Positions 19,426-27,592 of a stretch of 64,000 nt of DNA are shown in pieces. The stretch comes from Candidatus Campbellbacteria bacterium. GTDB taxonomy: Bacteria; Patescibacteriota; Minisyncoccia; Phycocordibacterales; EsbW-18. The stretch lies in contig CP064977.1 of NCBI GenBank assembly GCA_016699465.1, positions 269,668-333,667 on the forward strand, read 5' to 3'. The position numbers and the translations under genes are program-made. The notes beneath the pieces were generated by a model, which was given only the letters and a program-made list of their open reading frames with translations, ran no database searches and was not told the DNA's origin. Position 1 is the first letter of the stretch; each line of letters begins with the position of its first letter.

Positions 19426-20295
19426 GTGAGCGCTTTTGTGGAAGCGGATATTCTATTTAAAGATAAAAACCTACTCAAAGAAATTTCTTGGTTTATAGAG
19501 GAACGAAACAATATATGGAAGAGAAAAATTATTGGCGAAAAACCTCCATACACAAAAAACCCCATTCTCTCAACCTATCGTTTCTGCAACATCTTCAGAG
19601 AATTTGACCGACAGACAATAGAATTTCATGAATTACTAAATCCTATTAGAAACAACTTCCCATTGTGGCTTTTGAATATGTTTTACTGTCGAATGGTTGC
19701 ACGGACGACAACGGTTACATCTGTTGGACTACTTTCTTTTGACCAGAAAGAAAATATAAAATTATACGAGGGTCTTATGGCATCTCCACGACCACGCTTT
19801 GGTACACCTTATGTTTTTCCCATAAGCGTCATTCAGAAAAGCAATACCCCAACGAGAGAAAAATTTATTTCTCAGCATCTACCTACCGTCATAAAATTGA
19901 TAGCCAAAGAAATAGCTACCTGGAAACATAAGTCTGTGTATGATGGAGTGGAAATCATACTTCCTCTTTTCAAATATAATCTCCGATTTCTATGGACAGA
20001 GGTTTTAATCGATATTAGCTATCAATTTCCGCAATATATTAACCTCTTCGGCAGATTTCCTATTGGCCCTGGATCAGCCCCAACAATGCGGCGAATAAAC
20101 CCAGCAAAAGATCCGACACTTCTTGTCAAAGACCTTTCTTTATTACCAATAAATACAGATTTAACTTTCAACAGAAAACAATTACGACTATCCGCAGAAA
20201 ATTGGGAGGGTATTGGATGTGAATATAGAAAATATACAAACCTTAAGGCTGGCAGAGGACGCAGAAGAATCTATAAACCCACAAACCTTAAATAA
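19426..20295 (+). CDS. Hypothetical protein (289 aa), no family recognised
   Basis: Long ORF directly after the tRNA-Ser remnant. Strings such as YRFCNIFREFDRQT and FPIGPGSAPTMRR are not assignable by eye. Confidence 0.55.
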   Translation: MSAFVEADILFKDKNLLKEISWFIEERNNIWKRKIIGEKPPYTKNPILSTYRFCNIFREFDRQTIEFHELLNPIRNNFPLWLLNMFYCRMVARTTTVTSVGLLSFDQKENIKLYEGLMASPRPRFGTPYVFPISVIQKSNTPTREKFISQHLPTVIKLIAKEIATWKHKSVYDGVEIILPLFKYNLRFLWTEVLIDISYQFPQYINLFGRFPIGPGSAPTMRRINPAKDPTLLVKDLSLLPINTDLTFNRKQLRLSAENWEGIGCEYRKYTNLKAGRGRRRIYKPTNLK

Positions 20296-20383
20296 GGTTA
20301 CCTGAGGATGTTAAATACCCTTACAAGACCTTATAACAAGTACTATACCCGTGTAACCCACAAAGTTTATAACAAAACTTATT

Positions 20384-20851
20384 ATGAACACTATTAATAC
20401 AAGTGATCTTAAAAAATTTATTCTTGAAGCGAGTCGTGCGACATATGCTTCAGGAGATGAATCCTTAAAGCAAAAACAACCCGACGGGTCAACGACTATT
20501 CGTTATACAAATGGTATATACACATACCACGATAACTACTTCGGCGGTGAACCATATGGCGGGAGGGAGGTTGTTTTCCTTAATGAAAAACCTATATGGA
20601 TGATGACGTACTACGGTTTTGTACACACGGGCGTTGAAAATAAAGGAGTGTATGATTTCCTTATACAATCTCTTTCACATTCAACTATTGAAATGCCGTA
20701 TCGTGGCCCCGTTTCATATGAACAAAAGGGCTGGAGATACGAAAATGATTTTATAGGAGAAGCGCAGAACTTCTCTGGTGCTGAAAAGATTTTTAAAGAT
20801 GGTATTTGTGTCTATGAAGCTAAATATATTGGAGGTTTAATAGATCAATAA
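20384..20851 (+). CDS. Hypothetical protein (155 aa)
   Basis: ORF with YHDNYFGGEPYGGREVVF. No family recognised. Confidence 0.55.
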   Translation: MNTINTSDLKKFILEASRATYASGDESLKQKQPDGSTTIRYTNGIYTYHDNYFGGEPYGGREVVFLNEKPIWMMTYYGFVHTGVENKGVYDFLIQSLSHSTIEMPYRGPVSYEQKGWRYENDFIGEAQNFSGAEKIFKDGICVYEAKYIGGLIDQ

Positions 20852-20882
20852 CATCTCTCCACCTCCGCAAAAACATAGAAAT

Positions 20883-21434
20883 ATGGAATACGTCTATCAT
20901 TCATCAAAAAAACAGGGCTTGAAAAGTATTGAACCACGAGTAAGTACTCACGGGAAATCGTGGATATATGCAATGAAAAAACCAGAATATTGCCTCATGT
21001 TTCTAGGAAATCATGGCGACATTATTAATCAAACCGGCCTTAAAGATGGAGTGCCGTTTATAGCCGAAAGGTTCAAAGGCGCTCTCAAATACGCCTATAA
21101 AGACCTGCGCGGCTCCATATATACACTAGAAGGAGCTGATTTTAAGACGGGACAGACAGCTTTTTCTTGTGAACTTGTTTGCGATCATATATGTGACGTT
21201 GTTAAAGAAGAAAAAATTGAAAATGCATTAGAAAAAATACTACAACTTGAGTCGGAGGGAAAAATAACAATATATAGATATCCTACTCTACCTTCTTGGA
21301 TGCCAAATGACAAAAGTGACTTAGTTGAGAAAGTTGTTGAATGGGCACGCAAACCAGGAAGCACTATTCTAGAAAAAATAAAACAATTTCACCCGGACAT
21401 CTTAGATGAAGTGACCAAGAAATTGTCAAAATAA
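20883..21434 (+). CDS. Hypothetical protein (183 aa)
   Basis: ORF in the same orientation, followed by a bidirectional terminator. Confidence 0.55.
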   Translation: MEYVYHSSKKQGLKSIEPRVSTHGKSWIYAMKKPEYCLMFLGNHGDIINQTGLKDGVPFIAERFKGALKYAYKDLRGSIYTLEGADFKTGQTAFSCELVCDHICDVVKEEKIENALEKILQLESEGKITIYRYPTLPSWMPNDKSDLVEKVVEWARKPGSTILEKIKQFHPDILDEVTKKLSK

Positions 21435-21452
21435 ACTCTAATGTCCTAAAAC

Positions 21453-21476
21453 AAAAGCCCCCGTACGGGGGCTTTT
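21453..21476. terminator. Bidirectional terminator AAAGCCCCCGTACGGGGGCTTTTG
   Basis: 8-bp GC stem between convergent genes, with T-runs on both strands. Confidence 0.7.
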
Positions 21477-21480
21477 GTGA

Positions 21481-22134
21481 TTAGTATGCAATTGTCCACG
21501 TTGTTCCGCGAATTGGAAATGTGCCCTTTTCCTGAGCATTTGATTCAATCCCAGTGACGTCAATCTTGAGTTGTGTGCCCGTGTATGAGGATACGTCGTC
21601 GGTGAGTACTGCCCTGATAGTAAAAAGCCGCTCTTGTCTGGGAGTAAAGGTGATGTTCATCGGCACGAATGCTGATCCGTCTTTAAACGGCGCGGTACCT
21701 TCGTTTCCGCCAATCGAACCGTGCACAATTTCTTTATCGTCAACGGATGTAAAACCAATGACTGCTTTTGTGGACGCGGAACCGTTTTGTTTGACCCAGA
21801 AACCTTCCAATTTTGCATTTTCCTTTCCGGTGTGGCGTATGTACAAATATGATACCGGGACCGATGTGCCCGCATGAGCAGTTCCTCCGGAGAGTAATGG
21901 TACAGATTCTATTATAAGCGTTGAAACGCCTGTCGAAGCTCCCACTTGCGCAGCTTGGAGTTCACTGAGTTGGGCTTTCAATTCTTCAACGCGCACCAGC
22001 AGTAGTTTGATGAGTTCTTGTTTCAATGACTGGATCTGTGCCGTCAAAACCTCGGTGTCAGTTTGCGCAAAAGCAGGTAAAGCAAACGAGCCGATGAGCA
22101 CTAAGGTGACGAAAAACGTAACGTATTTTTTCAT
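21481..22134 (-). CDS. Hypothetical secreted protein (signal peptide, coiled coil, Thr/Gly-rich C-domain)
   Basis: MKKYVTFFVTLVLIGSFALPAFA signal peptide followed by a heptad-like LKQEL... region. Confidence 0.6.
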   Translation of the reverse strand: MKKYVTFFVTLVLIGSFALPAFAQTDTEVLTAQIQSLKQELIKLLLVRVEELKAQLSELQAAQVGASTGVSTLIIESVPLLSGGTAHAGTSVPVSYLYIRHTGKENAKLEGFWVKQNGSASTKAVIGFTSVDDKEIVHGSIGGNEGTAPFKDGSAFVPMNITFTPRQERLFTIRAVLTDDVSSYTGTQLKIDVTGIESNAQEKGTFPIRGTTWTIAY

Positions 22135-22235
22135 AAAAAATGTAATTAGATAATGTGTGTGCTTTTTATATTTTTATTATTACACCAGACAAGGGTAGTA
22201 TGAGCTTTTGTCAAAAAATTGTTACTTGCGAAGTT

Positions 22236-22270
22236 TGAAAAAGAGAGCGCAATATACATGCGCCCTCTTT
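22236..22270 (-). terminator. Terminator hairpin AAAGAGAGCGCA...TGCGCCCTCTTTT
   Basis: Imperfect 11-bp stem with a T-run in the minus sense, downstream of the 22289..22536 gene. Confidence 0.45.
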
Positions 22271-22288
22271 TCCCTAGGTGTCTGCAAA

Positions 22289-22536
22289 TTAGAATCCGCG
22301 TACATTGTTACCAACAATACTGTCAGATGCACTATTGAGCAAGAGAACACCACTGTGGATGTAAATGTTTGGAGCAACAGCAATAGCTGTCATCCAGTCA
22401 TTAGCAACAACGGCTTTTACATAACCACCGTTATCTACATATGCATATACTGCAGCATGTGAAATGGCAGGAACACCAAGAAACGTAAACGCAGCGACAA
22501 TAAGTCCCATCTTCACATAATTTTTTATTGTAGTCA
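22289..22536 (-). CDS. Hypothetical small secreted protein
   Basis: I chose the ATG at 22536 (MTTIKNYVKMGLIVAAFTFLGVPAISHA) as a signal peptide start. The ORF-track start at 22615 is less likely. Confidence 0.4.
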
Positions 22537-22941
22537 TAATTGAATGTATTAAGAAATAAAAGTACCTTAGGTTTTTGTTTTGACGCATCGTGCCGTCTGA
22601 ATCGTCGAATCTCATGATTCATCGAAGCAAGAAGTCTCTAAGGTACACGCTCAAAATATGTTCCTCTACAGATACCCTTACAAAAAAGTGCTCCGTAGTC
22701 GACTTATAGGGTCAATGAGTCTGACATGTACGTACTAATTAGATGTGTTTGCGCCTCTACTGTATAAGCCGATCGAAGCACAACTGCATTACATCACCAA
22801 CATACTTTTGTGGCATACCATATTACGTACCCCATCTAGTGTTCATATTGATGAGAATCAATGTGGATCCTAAAATATCCCGTGATATCACACTAGTTTT
22901 TTGTTCACCCATGTACCATGAGTACATGCGGACAGAAAATA

Positions 22942-23136
22942 TTATGAATTACTTTTTTCTACCTGCTCATCCGCACGCTTTATATGTTCTTCGGCAGCAC
23001 CAATGTGTGCCGCTGCTGCCTGTACCTCTGCTTTGTGTGTCTGCTCGCTCTGGGTTTGTGCTTCTATATCTTTTTGTTTTGCATCTTCATCTTTTTGTTC
23101 CATTTCTTTGTCTTTTTGTGTGATATCGTCGGTCAT
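22942..23136 (-). CDS. Possible small acidic coiled-coil protein (64 aa)
   Basis: This is the only ORF in a ~570-bp gene-poor stretch. It is low complexity (K/E/D/Q-rich) with no clear RBS. Confidence 0.25.
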   Translation of the reverse strand: MTDDITQKDKEMEQKDEDAKQKDIEAQTQSEQTHKAEVQAAAAHIGAAEEHIKRADEQVEKSNS

Positions 23137-23194
23137 ATATTTTTTATTAGTATTGTAGTAATGGTTAGTAAGCAGATGTGGATGTTGAGTATCA

Positions 23195-23554
23195 CTATTG
23201 TTGTTCTTGCTCGTTCAATTTTACTGCGGCTTCAGGTGTAGAAACTGTTTTTCCCATAACAAGTAATTTTGTAACGCCAATAGCAACAATCCAATACACC
23301 AACATTGCAAGAAGTGTCGTCCATTCAAAAACACTACCTTGAACATACGTCACACGAAACACACTAATAAAAGGTGTAGCGAAAATGTACGTTATCTCGT
23401 AAATGAGACTACTAAACCCAGCGATCGGATTTGCACCAAAGAGTTTTAAAGCGAAGCGAAAAACTAGCAACACTTCAATGATACCTAGGACATACCAGAC
23501 AATTTGTGTGCCTCGATATAGTGGTTTTGTTGTTGGAGAATTAAATGAGTCCAT
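23195..23554 (-). CDS. YggT-family integral membrane protein
   Basis: YggT-like hydrophobic repeats (FALKLFGANPIAGF...), 119 aa. Confidence 0.65.
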   Translation of the reverse strand: MDSFNSPTTKPLYRGTQIVWYVLGIIEVLLVFRFALKLFGANPIAGFSSLIYEITYIFATPFISVFRVTYVQGSVFEWTTLLAMLVYWIVAIGVTKLLVMGKTVSTPEAAVKLNEQEQQ

Positions 23555-23631
23555 ATATAGTACTGCAGTATGCAGATAAGTTATTTTTTAATATGTTCTT
23601 TTAATAGAAGTCTAATTTGCTTGTTCTTGTT

Positions 23632-24234
23632 TTATTTCTTGATTGTTTTAATTTCCTTTTGTAGTTTTTTTATGTGCATTTCCAATTGTTCTGTTCGTTC
23701 TGCCATTTTTGCCTCAAATTGGTTGGTATGATTTGCCAACATTTCAGCAACCCCCATCATGTCGGTAATATCCTCCATCGCCAAAAGTATGATTGGTGGA
23801 AACGATCCTTTTGTTTCTATCCTCTTTGAATGAATTTCTCGGGCATTGAGAATCATTACTTTGCGTCCAATAAACTGAAACTCATGATCAACCTCAAAAC
23901 CTTTAAAGAAGGTATTCTTGGGCAAGATATCCTCAAGAAGTTTTCGTAACGCTGGAATATTCCACTGACCGTTACCGAGCTTATATACAACCACTCCTTC
24001 GGTATCTTTTGGCTCGACTTGAAACTTTTTATAAAAAGACTCATTAGCTGTCATAACGCGGAGTTCTTTATCTAGAACGAGAACCGGTTCACGAACGACA
24101 TCAACAACCGTTCGAATGTACGTCCAACTTTCTTCCCATAAACGTGCAAAAAAATCCTCCCCTTGATTTTCAAGTGAGTACTTTTTTGTATCTGTGTTGG
24201 TTTTCATACTCTTATAGTCGTCCAAAAATGACAT
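23632..24234 (-). CDS. PAS-domain protein
   Basis: PAS-fold core VLVLDKELRVMTANESFYKKFQV with a C-terminal coiled coil. Confidence 0.65.
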   Translation of the reverse strand: MSFLDDYKSMKTNTDTKKYSLENQGEDFFARLWEESWTYIRTVVDVVREPVLVLDKELRVMTANESFYKKFQVEPKDTEGVVVYKLGNGQWNIPALRKLLEDILPKNTFFKGFEVDHEFQFIGRKVMILNAREIHSKRIETKGSFPPIILLAMEDITDMMGVAEMLANHTNQFEAKMAERTEQLEMHIKKLQKEIKTIKK

Positions 24235-24444
24235 GTATTACAAAATATCAATGTCGTCATAACGTGTTATACTACAGGTACTGATACCCACCTCCCGGCG
24301 TAGCGCCGCTGTAATATATTTGTAAGCAGATCTTACATACTGTGTAATATCACACACAGCAGTAACGCTTTTTAGTGTCTACAAATATTTTTGTAACACT
24401 TTTGTAATAGTCTACTTGTATGTTCGTCTGAATTTATACCATGT

Positions 24445-24987
24445 ATGATGACTCGAGTAAGCCCTAAAAAAGAAAACCAGCTACGATCCGTACTCTCCAC
24501 GGCGTACACAGACTACCAAAAAGGTCTCAACGCTCGTGCCTTTTTTAAAACAAGTAGTCATATTGTGGGGGAAGATTTAGTACAAAATACCTTTATGAAA
24601 ACATGGGTATACCTTGTTCGTGGAGGAGAGATTCACATAATGAAAGCGTTTCTCTATCATATTTTGAATAATCTTATTGTTGATGAGTATCGAAAACACA
24701 AAACAACATCACTTGATACACTTTTAGAAAAAGGGTTTGATCCACACGATGAAGACAACACAGAACATCTTCATAACACATTTGATGGAAAAGCACTTAT
24801 AGAACTCATCGATCATCTCCCAGATAAATATCAAAAAACAATGCGTATGCGATACATACAAGATTTATCTCTCAAGGAAATTTCTCTTATCACAGGACAA
24901 TCAAAAAATACAATTGCCGTACAAATTCATAGAGGTCTCAGCAAACTCAGATTATTGTATGGAAGTACCCAAGTTCATATTCATTAA
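24445..24987 (+). CDS. RNA polymerase sigma-70 family (ECF-type) sigma factor
   Basis: Region 2 (LVQNTFMKTWVYL) and region 4 HTH (LSLKEISLITGQSKNTIAVQIHRGLSKLR). Confidence 0.8.
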   Translation: MMTRVSPKKENQLRSVLSTAYTDYQKGLNARAFFKTSSHIVGEDLVQNTFMKTWVYLVRGGEIHIMKAFLYHILNNLIVDEYRKHKTTSLDTLLEKGFDPHDEDNTEHLHNTFDGKALIELIDHLPDKYQKTMRMRYIQDLSLKEISLITGQSKNTIAVQIHRGLSKLRLLYGSTQVHIH

Positions 24988-25004
24988 TCATTAATTTAAA
25001 AAAT

Positions 25005-25136
25005 ATGCTTTGGACCATCATTGTCATTCTATTCGCCTTGTGGCTTCTTGGATTTAGCTTTAGTGTAGGAGGTAGTCTTATTCACCTCGTACTGGTCATT
25101 GCGCTTATTGTTCTTATCGTTCGACTCTTAACATAA
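25005..25136 (+). CDS. lmo0937-family small membrane protein (43 aa), missed by the ORF track
   Basis: MLWTIIVILFALWLLGFSFSVGGSLIHLVLVIALIVLIVRLLT matches the LW.L..W.LG...GG.IH.LLVIA.IV pattern of that family. Confidence 0.5.
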   Translation: MLWTIIVILFALWLLGFSFSVGGSLIHLVLVIALIVLIVRLLT

Positions 25137-25154
25137 ATCTACACGCTTAAAAAT

Positions 25155-25538
25155 CTACACTTCCAAGGTCCGTCTTTGGTAGGCTCGCCAACCCAAGTAG
25201 CAACCAAACGCAAGAACACACGCACTTATATAAAATGCGCCATGCTGTTGTTTGAGTGAAAAATAACGAGCAACCTCTACTGCCCCAAAAAGTCCAATTA
25301 GCCCAAGCAATACATCGAGAATACGATTTTCGGCCACTTCGTGCACACCATTAAAAATTTCAATAATTTCCCACACAATCATCCCAGCGGACGTAGCAAA
25401 AAAGAGTGTTTCAACAGAAAGTCCAAGGAAAGAATTTGCAAATCCAACAGTCACACCTGAAAAAAAGTGCACCAGCATCCACAGATCCCACACCTTACCC
25501 TCTTTCCATGTTGTTGATATAAAAGGAATATGTGACAT
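25155..25538 (-). CDS. Hypothetical membrane protein
   Basis: Four hydrophobic segments, 127 aa. Confidence 0.5.
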   Translation of the reverse strand: MSHIPFISTTWKEGKVWDLWMLVHFFSGVTVGFANSFLGLSVETLFFATSAGMIVWEIIEIFNGVHEVAENRILDVLLGLIGLFGAVEVARYFSLKQQHGAFYISACVLAFGCYLGWRAYQRRTLEV

Positions 25539-25541
25539 ATA

Positions 25542-26438
25542 TTAGCGTGTTCCAAGAAGAGCTGCTATTCGCTCAGACACTGGTGGGTGCGTTAAAAATA
25601 ACTTTCCAAAGAATTCACTTTTTTTCTCTTGTGTTCCACCTAATGGACTACTGATAAAAAGATGTGCGGTTGCTTTATTCACCCGCTTCATTGGTTGTGT
25701 ATACGAAGAAATCTTTTCCAGAGCTTTCGCCAAACCTTCTGGGTATCTCGTAAGAAGTGCACCTGAAGCATCGGCTAAAAATTCACGCTTTCGTGAAATA
25801 GCCAATTGAATACACATACCAGCGATAGGTGTCAAAATTGCAAGAACAAAACCGATCAGTATAAAAAGAGTATTCCCACGACTATCATCATTCCCCCGCA
25901 TACGGAATGATGAGCGCATAAAAAAATCAGAAAGTACCACAATAAACCCAACAACAATGACCACCACGGTCGACAAGAGAATATCCCAGTTTCGTATGTG
26001 CGAAAGTTCGTGCGCCACAACACCTTCGAGTTCCGCTCTATCCAACACACGCAACAATCCCGTCGTCACTGCGATAGTTGCATGTTCTGGATTTCTCCCT
26101 GTTGCAAATGCATTCGGCGCATCGTCAGAAATAACATAGATTCTGGGCATAGGCACCCCAGCAGTAATAGACAAATTTTCTGTAACGGTATACAAATCAA
26201 AAAACTCTTCACGCGATGCGGGTCGAGCACCAGATAAGGAAAGCGCCAATGTGTCAGAGTACCAGTAGCTACTCACGTTCATCACCAGACTGAATATAAC
26301 AGCGATATAGACAAGTTCTGGGGCATTATAGACTCTTCCAAAGAACCATCCGAGAACAACAATAAGACACAAAAATACAACCATGAGAAGCCATGTTTTA
26401 GCAATATTACTTTCTTTGTGTGAATAGAGAGAAGACAT
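25542..26438 (-). CDS. htpX: Zinc metalloprotease HtpX (M48)
   Basis: HELSHI zinc motif with M48 topology. I chose the ATG at 26438 over the TTG at 26462. Confidence 0.85.
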   Translation of the reverse strand: MSSLYSHKESNIAKTWLLMVVFLCLIVVLGWFFGRVYNAPELVYIAVIFSLVMNVSSYWYSDTLALSLSGARPASREEFFDLYTVTENLSITAGVPMPRIYVISDDAPNAFATGRNPEHATIAVTTGLLRVLDRAELEGVVAHELSHIRNWDILLSTVVVIVVGFIVVLSDFFMRSSFRMRGNDDSRGNTLFILIGFVLAILTPIAGMCIQLAISRKREFLADASGALLTRYPEGLAKALEKISSYTQPMKRVNKATAHLFISSPLGGTQEKKSEFFGKLFLTHPPVSERIAALLGTR

Positions 26439-26514
26439 ACTATACACAAGTTCAAAATCCAAATTTCAAAGTTCAAAAAATTTTGCTGTCAATTTTTGAA
26501 TTTTGTGCTTTGAG

Positions 26515-26718
26515 TTATCGCGGCTGATTAACGGTCATAAGGTCACCAATATCTGCCACCATTTTTTGATTTGCTATTTCAATTTTTTGAATAAGCAAAT
26601 AGGTTCGCCATGTTATTGTCCCAATCAAAACAACAACAATGAGTACCAAGTACCATACAGAGCTTACATTTCGATTAAAGTGTGAGTACACAGATGGCAT
26701 TGAGAGAGTGATTTCCAA
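26515..26718 (-). CDS. Hypothetical small membrane protein between lemA and htpX
   Basis: Single TM segment, 67 aa, located between two co-directional genes. Confidence 0.35.
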   Translation of the reverse strand: MEITLSMPSVYSHFNRNVSSVWYLVLIVVVLIGTITWRTYLLIQKIEIANQKMVADIGDLMTVNQPR

Positions 26719-26723
26719 CTTAC

Positions 26724-27263
26724 CTAAAACTGTACTTTGACAGGCTCCCGCTCACCTTCCTCAATATCAAAGAATGCACGTTTTGTAAAACCAAACATGC
26801 GAGCAACAACATTTCCTGGAAATGATGCGGACGCCGTGTTGAGATCACGAACGGTGCTGTTATAAAAACGTCGCGCTGCCTGGATTTTATTTTCTGTATC
26901 AGACAATTCACGTTGTAACTCAAGGAAATTTTGATTTGCCTTAAGCTCAGGATACGCCTCAGCAATTGCAAAGAGTGATTTAAGTGTTCCCGCAAGTGCA
27001 TTTTCAGCTTTGGCATGTTGCTCCATTGTCTGTGCCCCCATAGCTGCGGCGCGCGCCTTAGTCACACTCTCAAACGCTTCGCGTTCATGTGTCGCATATC
27101 CCTTAACAGCCTCAACGAGATTTGGAATAAGATCATATCGACGCTTGAGTTGTACATCGATATCTGACCACGCCTCATCAGCACGGTTAGCATATTGAAC
27201 AAAGCGATTGTACGAAAAAATTCCCCACACAATGACCAGCGCAATACCTATAAGAATATACAT
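26724..27263 (-). CDS. lemA: LemA-family protein
   Basis: N-terminal TM segment and LemA motifs (YNRFVQ..., DLIPNLVE), 179 aa. Confidence 0.9.
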   Translation of the reverse strand: MYILIGIALVIVWGIFSYNRFVQYANRADEAWSDIDVQLKRRYDLIPNLVEAVKGYATHEREAFESVTKARAAAMGAQTMEQHAKAENALAGTLKSLFAIAEAYPELKANQNFLELQRELSDTENKIQAARRFYNSTVRDLNTASASFPGNVVARMFGFTKRAFFDIEEGEREPVKVQF

Positions 27264-27327
27264 ACGAGTGTTATGGAAGTTATTATACCTATAAAATAGT
27301 GGACTAATTGTAGCATATAAATTGAAA

Positions 27328-27356
27328 AGGCCTCGCCGTAAGCGAGACCTTTTGAG
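27328..27356. terminator. Hairpin AAAAGGCCTCGCCGTAAGCGAGACCTTTTGA
   Basis: 8-bp stem with one mismatch, flanked by A and T runs, bidirectional. Confidence 0.45.
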
Positions 27357-27373
27357 TGGGTGCGAATGCTATC

Positions 27374-27478
27374 TTAGTTTACCAGATAGCCGAGCACACA
27401 CCCCAGCGCGGCGGTGGCATAGAGAGCCCACCGCGATTCTGCGGGCAACTCCAGCCACAATTGGAAAATTCTCTTCAT
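27374..27478 (-). CDS. Candidate 34-aa hydrophobic peptide (MKRIFQLWLELPAESRWALYATAALGCVLGYLVN)
   Basis: GGAGGGG SD 4 nt upstream of the ATG, in a GC-rich intergenic patch. Below the ORF-track length cutoff. Confidence 0.25.
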   Translation of the reverse strand: MKRIFQLWLELPAESRWALYATAALGCVLGYLVN

Positions 27479-27540
27479 GACCCCTCCGTGAAGTGGTACA
27501 TCTATTTTATATTATAGCACATACTTACTAAAAAGCAAGT

Positions 27541-27571
27541 AACACCTCGTTTCAACTAAAAACGAGGTGTT
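27541..27571 (-). terminator. Hairpin AACACCTCG-(loop)-CGAGGTGTT downstream of groEL
   Basis: 9-bp stem with a T-run further downstream in the minus sense. Confidence 0.45.
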
Positions 27572-27592
27572 CTTGATCATGTGTGACACTTT

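Noticed and set aside
22743-23123. 126-aa + strand ORF
   Set aside because: Cys/Leu/Phe-rich low-complexity product, antisense to the acidic ORF and with no translation signals.
24363-24415. Interpreting GTAAC...GTCTAC as a single ECF -35/-10 promoter
   Set aside because: The spacer is only 10-12 nt, too short for a sigma-70-family promoter. I kept it only as a direct-repeat observation.
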